In this document: positions 44,126-56,449 of the stretch, piece by piece
Layout: each line of letters begins with the position of its first letter
How positions within the stretch are numbered: the first letter of the stretch is position 1
Assembly (NCBI RefSeq): GCF_009914755.1
Contig: NC_060932.1
Source of the DNA: the human T2T-CHM13v2.0 reference genome, Homo sapiens
Length of the DNA: 64,000 bases
Strand: one strand, 5' to 3'
Notes under the pieces: generated by a model
What the model was told of the DNA's origin: nothing
Seen by the model: only the letters and a program-made list of their open reading frames with translations
Databases searched by the model: none
Made by a program: the position numbers and the translations under genes

Positions 44126-44380
44126 ACCACATGTTCTCACTCATAAGTGGGAATTGAACAATGAGAACACATGGACACAGGAAGGGGAACATCACACACC
44201 CGGGACGGTTGTGGGGTGGGGGGAGGGGGGAGGGATAGCATTAGGAGATATACCTAACACTAAATGACGAGTTAATGGGTGCAGCACAACAATATGGCAC
44301 ATGTATACATATGTAACAAACCTGCACGTTGTGCACATGTACCCTAAAACTTAAAGTATAATAATAATAAAATTTAAAAA
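44126..44380 (+). mobile_element. L1PA3/4 3' UTR end
   Basis: catgttctcactcataagtgggaattgaacaatgag...ctaaatgacgagttaatgggt...acttaaagtataataat, with a possible short TSD aagaag. Confidence 0.92.
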
Positions 44381-44559
44381 AGAAGCAGATAAGGCTTGCA
44401 ATTTTTCCGAAGACAACTCAAATTCCTTTAGAAAACATTTTGATAAAAAATATATACAACAAGAATTCACTAGTAGCCTAAGATGTGTAGGAAAATGTCT
44501 CATTTATTTCTAACTGAGGGAAATGTCCTATATATTTCTCCTCTTCCTGTAAGGAGATT

Positions 44560-44957
44560 AAAAACATTATATATTCCCATTCATTAGATGAGGCCTGCTG
44601 TGTCTTCCTGTGAAAGGCATTTTCTTCCCCTCCTCTGTGATAACAGTAGGAGTGTGACACTTCTTTGGCCAGTGAACATGATCACAAGTGAAGGTATGGT
44701 GACTCTGAGCAGAAACGCTAAGAGCCATCACTTTGTTTCAACAGCTCTCTTGCTCTTTTACCTCTGCTATGGACTTTGCTATATATTGAGGTTTTTCCTT
44801 CAGTTTGGATCCTGAAATGAGGACAAATAGAGGAGAGTCAAATGACCAGATCTACAGCTACCATGTAATTCATCAAAGGCACAATCCCTTATTTGCATAA
44901 GCCATTGTCATTGTTGAGTTGCTGTTACCCAATAATTTTATATTATTGTCTGATTAT
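44560..44957 (+). mobile_element. MLT1I/J-like MaLR LTR
   Basis: gtgacacttctttggccagtga...ctgagcagaaacgctaagagcca...taagccattg...tgttacc. Confidence 0.6.
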
Positions 44958-45534
44958 GTGTAATATATATGTATTGTAAAAATAATAGAAAACAAAACTA
45001 TAACACTCAATGTTGTTCCTGTCTTCTGACTAACAAGATGTCTAGATTGAGATATGATAGAATATACATTAATACCAGAATATTCTCTTGGTAAGTGAGG
45101 AGCTAGTTATTTTGAAGTTCATTGGTGAAAGAGAAAAGTAAAATCCTAAAATCTGCATTAGAGATATTTCTCTGATTTTTTTAAAGGAGGAGGTGGGTTA
45201 TTCTTATATTATATACTAGGTGAAATATATATATATTTGTGCTTATCATGGATATTTTGTGGTTATATAATTAAAAATATGTAACTTAAGAAAGGGACAC
45301 AGGATAAATTCATAGAGAATTATTAATCCACATTTATCTCATTTTCTTTGAGACGCAGTTATTCAATTTGTCAATAAAAATAAAATCCGAAGTGTAGCTG
45401 AATTTCAGCAAAGCATATGGCAAAATTTTTACATTTGTAAGTATTAATTAACCACTAATATTATTTATCAATTTCCCAAAAGTTTAATTACTCTACTCAA
45501 CAACTGATTAGTGAATTTGTATATTGTTATTTAG

Positions 45535-45760
45535 ATCTTAGCCTAGTGCTCACCTTCTGAGAAAGTCCTTCCATAACCATCCACTCCTCACTTATCTCAC
45601 CCACTGTTTGCCACATTACACTATTTAAATATTTATTCCTGGCCTCTTTCTCTAGACAGTGAGCTACAAAATGGTAGAGATCTTGCCCATTTTATTTAAG
45701 TGCATTCCTGGCATCAAGGACAATAATAGAAAATGGGCTGCTCAATATGTGTTTGTTGCG
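45535..45760 (+). mobile_element. L2 3' end
   Basis: ctagacagtgagct...gtagagatcttg...gctcaatatgtgtttgttg. Confidence 0.65.
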
Positions 45761-47789
45761 TGGTTGTGTAGAAGGAAAGGAAGTAATAAAGTAAAGAAGA
45801 AAGCTAGGGAGAGAGGCACCATATACAGAAAGGTCCTTGGTTAGCCTCTATGATGAAAATGATCATGGTGAGGATGACAATGATATCAGTATTGATAATT
45901 AAATCAACACTGGAAAATATCTATGGCTTTTAAAAAGGACTAGGAATGGTTATAAGTTCTAGAGTGACAAATGCCAAGTGCCACAATTAGCAATTGTGTA
46001 ACAAATGGTATTTCTATGCCTTCCTGTAGTGGTTAACTAACCTTTATTGAGAACAGTGTATGTACCAGGTGCAGGTAATACAGAGATAAGAATGTGTTAA
46101 TTGATCTCAAGAAGCCTTAGGAAAACAGTCTCTTCCATAACTGTGGAGGAAATTAGAAAGGTTAGAACTCAGTAGCTGAATAAAAATAAATGCAAACAAA
46201 TACAAATGCTATGTTTCTAGACAAACAACTCAGAATGATGTGGCAATTTTCTACACAAAGGATTAAAAGCATAAAACTTGTTACTTTCTCAAGTATTTGG
46301 TTAATCATTGAAATACATTTTATATTCTTTTTAACATTGAAAATGTGTCATAAAATATTCATTTTCTTTAGAAGTAATATTTAACAAATTTGGCAATAAG
46401 ATTATTAGCCCAAAGATTTATTAATTATTCAGGATACTGTATTTGTTGCTTACTGTGCATATATGACTAATAGAAAAATTACTGTAATCACAACTAAATT
46501 GATGTCCTTGACCTAAGTATGGTATTAAAGTTAAAAAATTACTATGTTTAAATTCAACTTAAAAATCAAACATTTGATTAACGTTCTTAATCAAAATATC
46601 CTATTATATTCATTATTACCTGACAGTCAAATAATGTGTCCAAGTTAGAAAATTTGGTATTTAATGCATGTTTAATTCTATTTAATTCAAAGTACATGAA
46701 CAGTCAGTATATCCAATGAATCATCACTCTAGTATAACACAAATTTATGCATTTCTCTATTTCAGTTAATTAATGCTTATATAAGGCAAAGCAGTTTCAG
46801 AGGTTGTTTATCATAGTTTAGATTTTAGAACCTCAGTTCTAAACGGAATAGCAAACACACACATGCAAAAAAAAAAAAAAAGAAAGAAAAAGAAATAACA
46901 GTATCACAGTCGGCATAAAAACAACCTATTTAGAATAAGTAGTTCAGTTCAAGATGTAGATGCTTTATCAATGGCTTTAATTGGAAGAAAGGAGGTTTTC
47001 AACCACTCAAAGTAAAATATGATAGCTTGTGTCAGAGTGTTATAAAACATATTCCTCTTAAGAGCAGAAGGGGAGAAAGAGAAATGAAAAACATGATGGA
47101 CCTTGAATAACGGCTCAACAGTAATGCTGTATAATTGCTTTTCATCATTTCTATCAGCAGTGAAGCTGTAAAACATTGATCAAAGATGATGACTATCACA
47201 AAGTGCTTAAAGTGCAGCACATTGTTAAATTTCCTCAGCGTCTGATATAATTATAGCATGAGCAAGCATAAAGATGATTTCCCCACCTCCACCTGCCTTC
47301 CTCAAATGATTTCCCAGCCAAGGTAGATGGGATTAAAGAAATCTGACATGAATTAGCTATATGAGAATGTCAATGTCAAATGATATATCACAGGCACTTG
47401 CCTCAAAAAGGATAAAAATACCATGAACATTTCACATTAATGCACACCGGAATTCAGTCACTCTCTTTACTGACAAACATGCTACTCAAATAAAGGATTC
47501 AAAGCATACCCAATGAATGAGACAGTGCAACATGGAGAAAGAAGTGTTTACTGATGGTTTAAAAGAGATAGCTCTTGGCTGCTAAGGCTTTACAGCTGAA
47601 GAAATGATTGAGGGAGAAAAGCTTTTTATCAATTCTTGGAAGTAATAGGTAAAGGATTTCTTTCAATAATTTTGTAGCTTATGCTAAATTAATATTTTAA
47701 GCATATGGTTTCATTAGAATTCAACTATATTAATGTATCAATCATTTGATAAATTAAAAATTATTAAAATTCTACTGTTTGTCTACAGG

Positions 47790-48274
47790 TGCTGTGCGGT
47801 TACGGTACTTGCATGTTAGGCTCCTTGCCACATCCTTTCAGCCCATCTGATTTCACCGCAGCAGGGATGAATAATCATACACCTCTGCCGGTTTCCTACA
47901 TCAAGTACTCACTCTGCTGTCTCTCTGATATGGAACACCACTCGATTAAAATTAGAGGAATTAGGAAGTGAGGGGAATTTAATGCATTGGGACTGAGTTT
48001 TAACCAATGATAGAAGCGGTTAGATGTTTCCTTCCCCATATGCTCTGGAAGGATAATTGTGAGATGCACTCTACATAGTTTGATTCCCTGAGAGTGGGTT
48101 GAGGTCCTATTGCTCACAGCAGTGACCAGTGCATTAGTGCTCAGTCACTAGCTTTTACTTTATCTTTGTCTCATTTTCCCACTTCTTCCATTTTATTACT
48201 CCACCCCAAAAACCTACGTGATTCTAAGTTCTTGTTTCAGTATCAGCTTTCAGGGAGGAACTGAAACCAAGATA
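47790..48274 (+). mobile_element. LTR33/LTR16-like ERVL 5' LTR
   Basis: ccaatgatag...gaggtcctattgctcacagcagtgacc...tcttgtttcagtatcagctttcagggaggaactgaaaccaagata. Confidence 0.6.
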
Positions 48275-49397
48275 GCTGATACTGAAAGTAGTGATGGAAA
48301 GTTTACCCTTAAAGATGGGATTCTGAAATTAATTCTCTCATAGGTCAAATGGCAACAAGAACTTCATTGCTGGTAATAAATGAGGTGTTGATTATCCCCG
48401 GTGTGCTTTACTTCCACGTTTTTAAAGACACAACGGTGGAAAGTTAAATGAGAATCAGATGTAAAGAAATACAGATTTATGTAATAGCTCTATCACTTGA
48501 AAGCTATGGGGGCAAGGTATTTATAAGGCGTGTGGAGGTGGCTCACCTGTTTTAACTATACCAGAAGTCTTAAAGTAAAAGAACGGCAGGCTCAGTTCAG
48601 CCAACTATTATTAGCTCAGGACATGCCGGAAAGTCAAGAAGGTCTTTCTTGCAGTTTTAGTTACCTGTAACTGTAGGAAAGATAGCACTAAGAAGAAGGC
48701 CTATGATTTAATCACTGGACTTAAGCAAATGCAAACAATAATGAAGGCTCTGCTTTTGGAGGTTCCCTGACATTAGAGATACGCTATTGAATGAGTGGGA
48801 ACCTGACAAGTTGCATAAATCACTTGGAAATATTGACCTGAGAATATGGCACTTCCGACGTTCCCGATCTTTTTGAACTTTGAGAAGGAGCATTGCCACT
48901 GTTGCTAGACACCAACTTCTCTTTGTATGAGGACAACGTAAAGAAATTATCTAAGGTGAGTGCCTTACAGTATGATATCTGTCTCTTTTAAAATAAATCA
49001 CATCTTCAGTATTTGACTCAAATATATAAATATGATCAACTCTTAGCAAAGTCTAAGAAGACAAATATGGTCTCTTCTACAGGTGAGATATCTCATGAAA
49101 CAAGTTTCAGAACTGGGGCTACTAAGGTAATATGTACTAGCAGAAACAGAAGGATGTATATAAATGGATATTGGTGTTTCATGAAAACACACACAATACA
49201 AGGTTAGAGAACTAACTATTTACCTGGATGCATTTTCAGTGACATAAAATATATTCTGTGTGAACACCTGGAAATATGATGCCGAGAGGACTACTTGAAG
49301 CTCAGATGCAGTAGTGAGCTGCAATAAGTGATGTGAACATGCAATAAATCCATGTAATGTATTAAACCCATTTTCTCAGCCCAGTGCTGTGACTGCT

Positions 49398-49444
<47 letters not shown>

Positions 49445-50200
49445 TTGAGATGGAGTCTCACTCTGTCGCCCAGGCTGGAGTTGGAGTCCAGTGGCACAAT
49501 CTCTGATCACTGCAACCTCCACCTCCCAGGTTCAAGCAATTCTCCTGCCTCAGCTTTCCCGAGTAGCTGGGACTACAGGTGCACACCACTATGCCTGGCT
49601 AATTTGTTTGTATTTTAGTAGAGACGGGGTTGCACCGTGTTGCCCAAGCTGGTCTCAAACTCCTGAGCTCAGGCAATCTGCCCTCCTTGGCCTCCCAACG
49701 TGCTGGGATTACAGGCGTGAGCCACCGAGCCCAGCCTGCTTTTTTAATACTCTACTCCTTACTCTACTAAGGTAGAGTATTCTTTAATACTCTACTCCTG
49801 TATTTTTAATACTCTACTCCTTAGTATTAAGGAAGCAGTCACAGCATTTGGCCTGAGAAAATGGGTTTATTACGTGAAGCTAGAGTTAACCTATACTTTT
49901 CGAAAGCTCCAGAAGACACTAAAGCAATATGTAATGCACTGGAGAGAGAATCATCAATGTAGTTCAGAAGGTTAATATTGGCTATTCTATGTATGCTAGG
50001 ATTGACAGCAAATGATGCTTACATGGAGCTTGGTCTGATAGAATGCAGGCACAGGAGAGGACAGGTGATATCTGTGGCTCTGGCAATCAGACCATGGTGG
50101 TCCCAAGGGAAGAGAGAGATTGGCAATAGAGTAAGCTCTTGCTTGGCTTATTTAGTCAGAATAAGTTGATATCAGTCAATTGCTTGCTTCCCAAGCCTTG
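48275..50200 (+). mobile_element. ERVL-class (ERV3-16A3-like) 5' internal/gag remnant
   Basis: A degenerate PBS and leader (gctgatactgaaagtagt...cccttaaagatgggattctg) directly follow the LTR. Confidence 0.5.
49397..49736 (-). mobile_element. AluS (Sz-like) with a (TTTA)n tail
   Basis: Antisense dimer, about 12 TTTA units, short TSD tgcttt. Confidence 0.93.
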
Positions 50201-50307
50201 TGTTAAAGTCTCAGTTTGTGGTGATATCCTGCCAATAAGTTCATTTTCTAGATTGGCTGGATTCACTTTCCAGAAGGTATACTTGAATATATATGTATAT
50301 TTACTAG

Positions 50308-50614
<307 letters not shown>

Positions 50615-51815
50615 TAGATTAGAAGCTCTTTAAAGAGCAAAAGCCTAATTTTATTCATCATTTTATTCCCCCTAGTATAGTATAGGCATAGTGCCTAATG
50701 CATGACTTAAAGTCAAATATTTGATGAGTGTACCCATGAGAGAATATAAGAATGATATGCATTGAACATTTTGTGGAGCTATAAATTGTCTTTTTCGTTG
50801 TAGTGTAGGTGATTTAGAAGGATAATGGAATATAAAATTTGAATAGTAGGTAATAATCATAAAGTGGAGAGATTTGAAATCCAAACTGAGATGTTTGTGT
50901 TTAAATTGTAGGCAAGGCAAATGTTGGGAAGCAGTTTTTTTTTTTAAAAGAAATATGTCAGAAGAAGATAAAGGATAGATTTGAAAGATTTTTGGGGGAT
51001 GAGATAACAATATCTTTTAGGTTACCATTTTCCAATCAGATATCTCAATGTAGTACACTGGCAACAGTGATGTGTGGTGGTGTTTTTTTTTTAAAGAAGT
51101 AGATTAGAACTAAAACACTTGGAGTGTACACTCACAATATAATCTACAGTCTAGAGTAAGCAACAACCACATTTTGAGATATCCAGGGAAATGTCTTTTA
51201 TAATACATATACAAATTGAAAAATGTCATCCATTATTTTGGTGAAAGTAATCATGCATAGAACAAGTGTGGGTATCTTTCTGAACTACATGTTTAATAAT
51301 GTCTCTCCCTTGATAAATAGTATTTAGTATTTTCACAATAGACACACAATTAAATTCAACTGTCTTGATATTACCTGTTTTTCCTAAATTTTCATACATT
51401 CACTTAATTTTCAGTTCCTCAAAATCCACAAGATTTCAGCAATAAACTTTTTTGTGTATTCTCAAACCACTTTAATAGATAGAACTATTTAGAATATCTG
51501 TTTCTTCTTAAGTGAGTTTCCTGGTATGTTTAGTTTAAGATGCTCAATTTGAGAAAGTAATTTGTTCATAATACTTCCCAGCTATTATTTAATGCCTGTG
51601 GGAGCAGTAGTGAATTCCCAACTGTTTTTCATGAATTAAAAAAATTAAATTTATTTATTTTTAATACATTATATTTGTATGTATTTATGAGTTACATGTG
51701 AAATTGTGTTACAGGCATAGAAAGTGTAATGATCAAGTCAGAGTATTTAGGGTCTTCATCATCCAAGTATGTATAATTACTATGTGTTGGGCACATTTCA
51801 AGTCCTTTCTTCTAG

Positions 51816-52043
51816 TTATTTTAAAAGTACAATACATTGTTGTTAACTATAGTCACCCTACTCTTCTAACAAAAATTATAATTTATTCCTTCTATGAATT
51901 ATATGTTTCTACTCAGGAACAAACCTCTCTTATTTTAAAAGTACAATACATTGTTGTTAACTATAGTCACCCTACTCTTGTAACAAAAATTATAATTTAT
52001 TCCTTCTATGAATTATATGTTTCTACTCAGGAACCAAGCTCTC
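51816..52043. repeat. 114-bp tandem duplication (2 copies, 3 mismatches)
   Basis: 51816-51929 versus 51930-52043; also visible as repeated ILKVQYIVVNYSHPTL in the ORF track. Confidence 0.95.
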
Positions 52044-53378
52044 TTTATCCCCTTCTCCCACCCATATCCCCTTTCCAGTCTGTAGTATCTATCATTCCAC
52101 TGTCTACCTCCATGTGATCAGCATTTTTCACTCCCACATATGAGTGAGAACATGAAAAATGTATCTTTCTACTAACATAGTGACCTCCAGTTCCATCCGT
52201 GTTGCTGCAAATGACATGATTTCATTCCTTTTTAATGGCAAAATAGTATTACATTGTGTATACGTACCACGTTTTCCTTAGCCATTCATCCGTTGATGGA
52301 CACTTAGGTTGATTGCATGTCTTTGCTGTTGAGAATAGTGCTGTAATAAACACGGGAGTGCATGTATAACTTTGACATATTGATTTATTTTCCTTCAGAT
52401 AAATACTGAGTAGTGGGATTGCTGGATCATATGTTAGTTATATTTTTAGGTTTTTTTTGACAAATCATTATAATTTATTTTGTAGAGGTTGTGCTAATTT
52501 CTAATCCCCATCAACAGTCTATGAATTTCCTTTTGTCTGCATCCTTACTTTCTGTTATTATTTTTTGCCTTTTTAGTAAGTGCCATCCTAAATGAGGCAA
52601 AGTGATATCTCATTGTGATTTTCATTTGTATTTCCCTAATGAGTAGTAACAAACATTTTTTCATAACCTGTTGGTCATTTCTGTGTCGTCTTTTGAGAAA
52701 TGTCTATCCACGTCCTTCATCCATTTTTTAAATGAGATCATTTGAATGTTTACTCTTGCATTGTTTGAGTTTCTTTTATATTCTTGATAGTACTCCCCAG
52801 TTGGATGAGTAATTTGCAAATATTTTCTCCCATTCAAGAGGTTATCTTTTAACTCTGTTGATCGTTTACTTTTCTATGCAGAATCTTTTTAGTTTAATGT
52901 AGTCCCATTTGATATTTTTATTTCTGTTAGCTATGCTTTTGAGGTCATGGTCATAAAATATTTGCCTACACAAACGTCCTAAATTTTTTTCCTGTTTTCT
53001 TCTAGTAGTTTTATAGTTTTGGGTTTAAAGTTTAAGTCTTTAATTCATCTTGAGTTGATTTTTGTATATAGTGTTGGATAGGGGTTCAGTTTCATTCTTT
53101 TGCATATGGTTATCCAGTTTTCCAAGCACTATTCACTAAAGAGAATGTCCTTTCCCCAGTGTATGTTCTTGATGGCTTTGTGAGAAATCAGTTAGCTGTA
53201 ACTGCCTTCTCCTGAGTGTATTTTATTGATGACTTTATCAAAGATCAGTAGGGTGTATTCCTAGCTTCTCCATTGTTTTCAATTGGTCTATATGTCTGTT
53301 TTTATACCACTATTATGCTGTTTTTGTTACTTTAGTTTTGTAATATGGTTTGTAGTAAAATAGTGTGATGCCTTAGTC

Positions 53379-53545
53379 TTTTTTTTTTTTTTTTTTTTTG
53401 TGATAGAGTCTTGCTCTGTCGCCCAGCCTGAAGTGCAGTGGCGCTATCTCGGCTCTGCAACCTCTGCCTCCTGGATTCAAGCCATTCTCCTGCCTCAACC
53501 TACCGAGTAGCTGGAACTACAGGTGCGTGGTACCATGCCTGCCTA
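53379..53545 (-). mobile_element. 5'-truncated AluS (right arm only)
   Basis: Poly(T) plus the right monomer, inside L1 ORF2. Confidence 0.9.
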
Positions 53546-54730
53546 GGCTTGCTATTTTTGCTTAAGATTGCTTTGGCTATTGTGGTGTTTTGTTTGTTTT
53601 TCTTTCCATACAAATTTTAGAATTGTGTTTTTACTATTTCTGTGAAAAATGACATAGGAATTTTCATAGGGATTGCAGTGAATCTGTAGATTGCTTTTGG
53701 CAGTATGGTCATTTTAATGATATTAATTATTTCAATACATGAGCATGGATGGCTTTCTATTTTTCTGTATTTTCTTCAAATTATTTTATTAATGTTTTGT
53801 AGTTTTTCCTGTGGAGGTCTTTCACCTCCTTGGGTAAATTCATTTCTAGGTATTTTATTTATTTTGTGGCTATTATAAATGGGTTGACTTTTTTTCAGCT
53901 AGTTTGTTATTGGTTTATAGAAATGCTACTGATTTTTGCATGTTCGTTTTGTATCCTGCAAATTTATCACATTTTAAAATTAGTTTTAAGAGATTTTTAG
54001 TAAAGTCTTTGGTTTTTCTAAATATATCATTGTATCATCATCAAAGAGAGACAATTAGAGTCCCTCTTTTTCAATTTAGATGCCTTTTATTTCTTTCTCT
54101 TACCTGATAGTTCTGGCTAGAACTTCAAGTACTTTTTTTAAATAGAAATAGTGAAAGTGAGCATCTTTGTCTTGTTCGGATTCTTAGAGGAAAGGCTTTC
54201 AACTTCACCCCATTCAGTATGATGTTACCTACGAGTTCGTCACATGTCCTTTATTGTTTTGAGTTTTTTTTTCTCATATGCCTATTTGAGAGCTTTTATC
54301 ACAAAAGGATGTTAAATTTCAACACGTGATTTTTCTGCATCGAGTTTAAAATCATATGGTTTTTGTCCTGTTGATGTTATGTACCATGTTTATTGATTTA
54401 CGTATGTTGAATCATCTTTGCAACCCTGAGATAAATCTCACTTGATTGCAATGTATTATTATATTTTTGATGTATTGTTGGATTTGGTTTGCTAATATTT
54501 TCTTTAAGAGTTTTTAAATCTCTGTTCAGTAGGATTTTTGGCTTCTGATTTTCTTTTGTTTTTGTGCTTCGTGATTTTTTTCTCACTCTAATGCTGGCCT
54601 TATAAAAGGAGTTTGGAAGTATCCTCTCTTCTTTAAATATTTTTGGAATAGTTTGAGTAAATTAGTATTAGCTGTTTATATGTTTGATAGAATTCAGCAG
54701 TGAGGCTATACTTCCTGGGCATTTTCTTAA

Positions 54731-54893
54731 TTTCCTCTTCTTCCTCCTCCCCTCCCTCTCCCCCTCCTCCTCCCCCTCCTCCTCCCCCTCCTCCTCCCCC
54801 TCCTCCTCCCCCTCCTCCTCCCCCTCCTCCTCCCCCTCCTCCTCCCCCTCCTCCTCCTCCTCTTTCTCCTCCTCCTCCTCCTCCTCCTTTCCT
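54731..54893. repeat. Pure polypyrimidine tract with about 8 copies of CCCCTCCTCCTC and (CCT)n
   Basis: About 163 nt without purines on the + strand. Confidence 0.95.
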
Positions 54894-55729
54894 GGTGGAT
54901 TCTGCTGTGGCCTAGGACAGGTCTAAATGCTCCCTCTGTGGGCACTGATCCAGAATTAATAGCTGAGGGGGCTTTGTCCTGTGCCTTGTCCACTGTGGTG
55001 TGGCTGGCAGTCAGTTGCAGTGCAAAGCCCCACAATAACTTCCCTTTTCCTCCCTCAAGCAGGCATTTTTTTTTGTCTCTGTGCTGTGCTGCCTGGGGTT
55101 GGGCAAGAGCCATGTAGAAAATGCAGAACTGTCTTCTTACCTCATTCAATATATCTTCTTCATTATTATGTTAACATCAGGTACTATAAAATCTGACCTG
55201 ATTTTTTTTTTGTTTGTTTGTTTGTTTTTTGTGAAGATGGTTTCTTGGATGGATAGTTTTTGATTTGGTGTTCCTGTAGGGGGACAGTCACTGTAGGGTT
55301 CTATTTGGCCATCTTGCTCTGCCTCCCCCTGCTGTATTTATTGCTGATATTTTCCCTTGGCACCACCTTTTTGACTCATGGGCTATTTAGAAATGTTGAT
55401 ATTTTGACATTTTGCAGTTGTCTTTTGTTATTGATTTCCAGTTTAGACATATTATGGTCTGAGAACCAATTTTGTATGATTTCAATTTTTCAAAATTTCT
55501 TATAGTGCTTTATATTCATACTTATGGTCTATTCTGGTGAATGTTCCATGTGTGTTTGAGAAAAACGATTATTCTAATGTTGCTAGGAGCAGTGTTCTAT
55601 ACATGTCAATTACATTATGTAGATTGATATCATTTTTCAAGTTATCTGTGTATTTTCTAATTTTTTCCTACTGTTTTATTAATTACTTAGAAAACAGTGT
55701 TTCATTATCAAAATATAATTATATATTTT

Positions 55730-56440
55730 TTCTAATTCTGTGAAAAATGACATTAGTATTTTAATAAGGATTGAATTAAATCTGTAGATTTTTTTGGGTA
55801 CTGTGGTCATTTTAATGATGTTGATTCTTCTGACCCATGCGCATGGGATGTTTTTCCATTTGTTTGTTTAATCTATGATCTGTTTCATGAGTGTTTTGTA
55901 GTTTTCCTTGTAGATCTCTTTTATCTCCTTGGTTTAACATTTCTAGATATTTTATTTTTGTATCTATTGTAAATGGAATTGCCTTCTTGATATGGTTTTC
56001 AATTTGATTGTTATTGGTGCATAGAAACATTACTAATTTTTGCATGTTAATAATTGCATCCTGAAACTACTGAATTAATTTATCAAATTTAATATTATTT
56101 CCATGGAGTGTTTAGGTTCCTCTAGATATAAGATGATATAATCAGCTAACAGGAATAATTTGACTTTCTCTTTTGTAATTTGGATGCCTTTTATTTCGTT
56201 CTCTCACTTGATAGTTTTGGCTAGGACTTCCAGTAATATGTTAAATAGGAGGGCGAGAGTGAGCATCCTTGTCTTGTTCCAGTTTTTAAAGGGAATGCTT
56301 TCATGTTCTCACATATAAGTGGGAGCTAAATAATCTCTACACATAAACATAGATTGTGGAATAATAGACATTAGAGTCTGGAAAGTGTAAAGGGGTGGGA
56401 GGAGGATGGATGATGAAAAATTACTTAATGGATAAAACGT
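55730..56440. mobile_element. L1PB4-like fragment with inversion (ORF2 antisense 55730-56301; 3' UTR sense 56302-56440)
   Basis: Antisense gagcatccttgtcttgttccag...gggaatgcttt abuts sense catgttctcacatataagtgggagctaaa...ggatgatgaaaaattacttaatgg. Confidence 0.75.
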
Positions 56441-56449
56441 TTTAGAGTT

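Larger units (their letters stand above)
51645..55330 (-). mobile_element. L1MA2/3-like element: 3' end plus ORF2 (51645-54725) joined across a pyrimidine tract to an L1 5'-terminal fragment (54890-55330)
   Basis: The 3' end gttacatgtgaaattgtgttacaggcatag...gatcaagtcag, long antisense ORF2 and the L1 5' terminus ctatttggccatcttgctctgcctcccc. Confidence 0.8.

Noticed and set aside
54684-55149. Poly-Pro, Ser-Pro and Arg-Gly ORFs
   Set aside because: Translations of the (CCCCTCCTCCTC)n tract.
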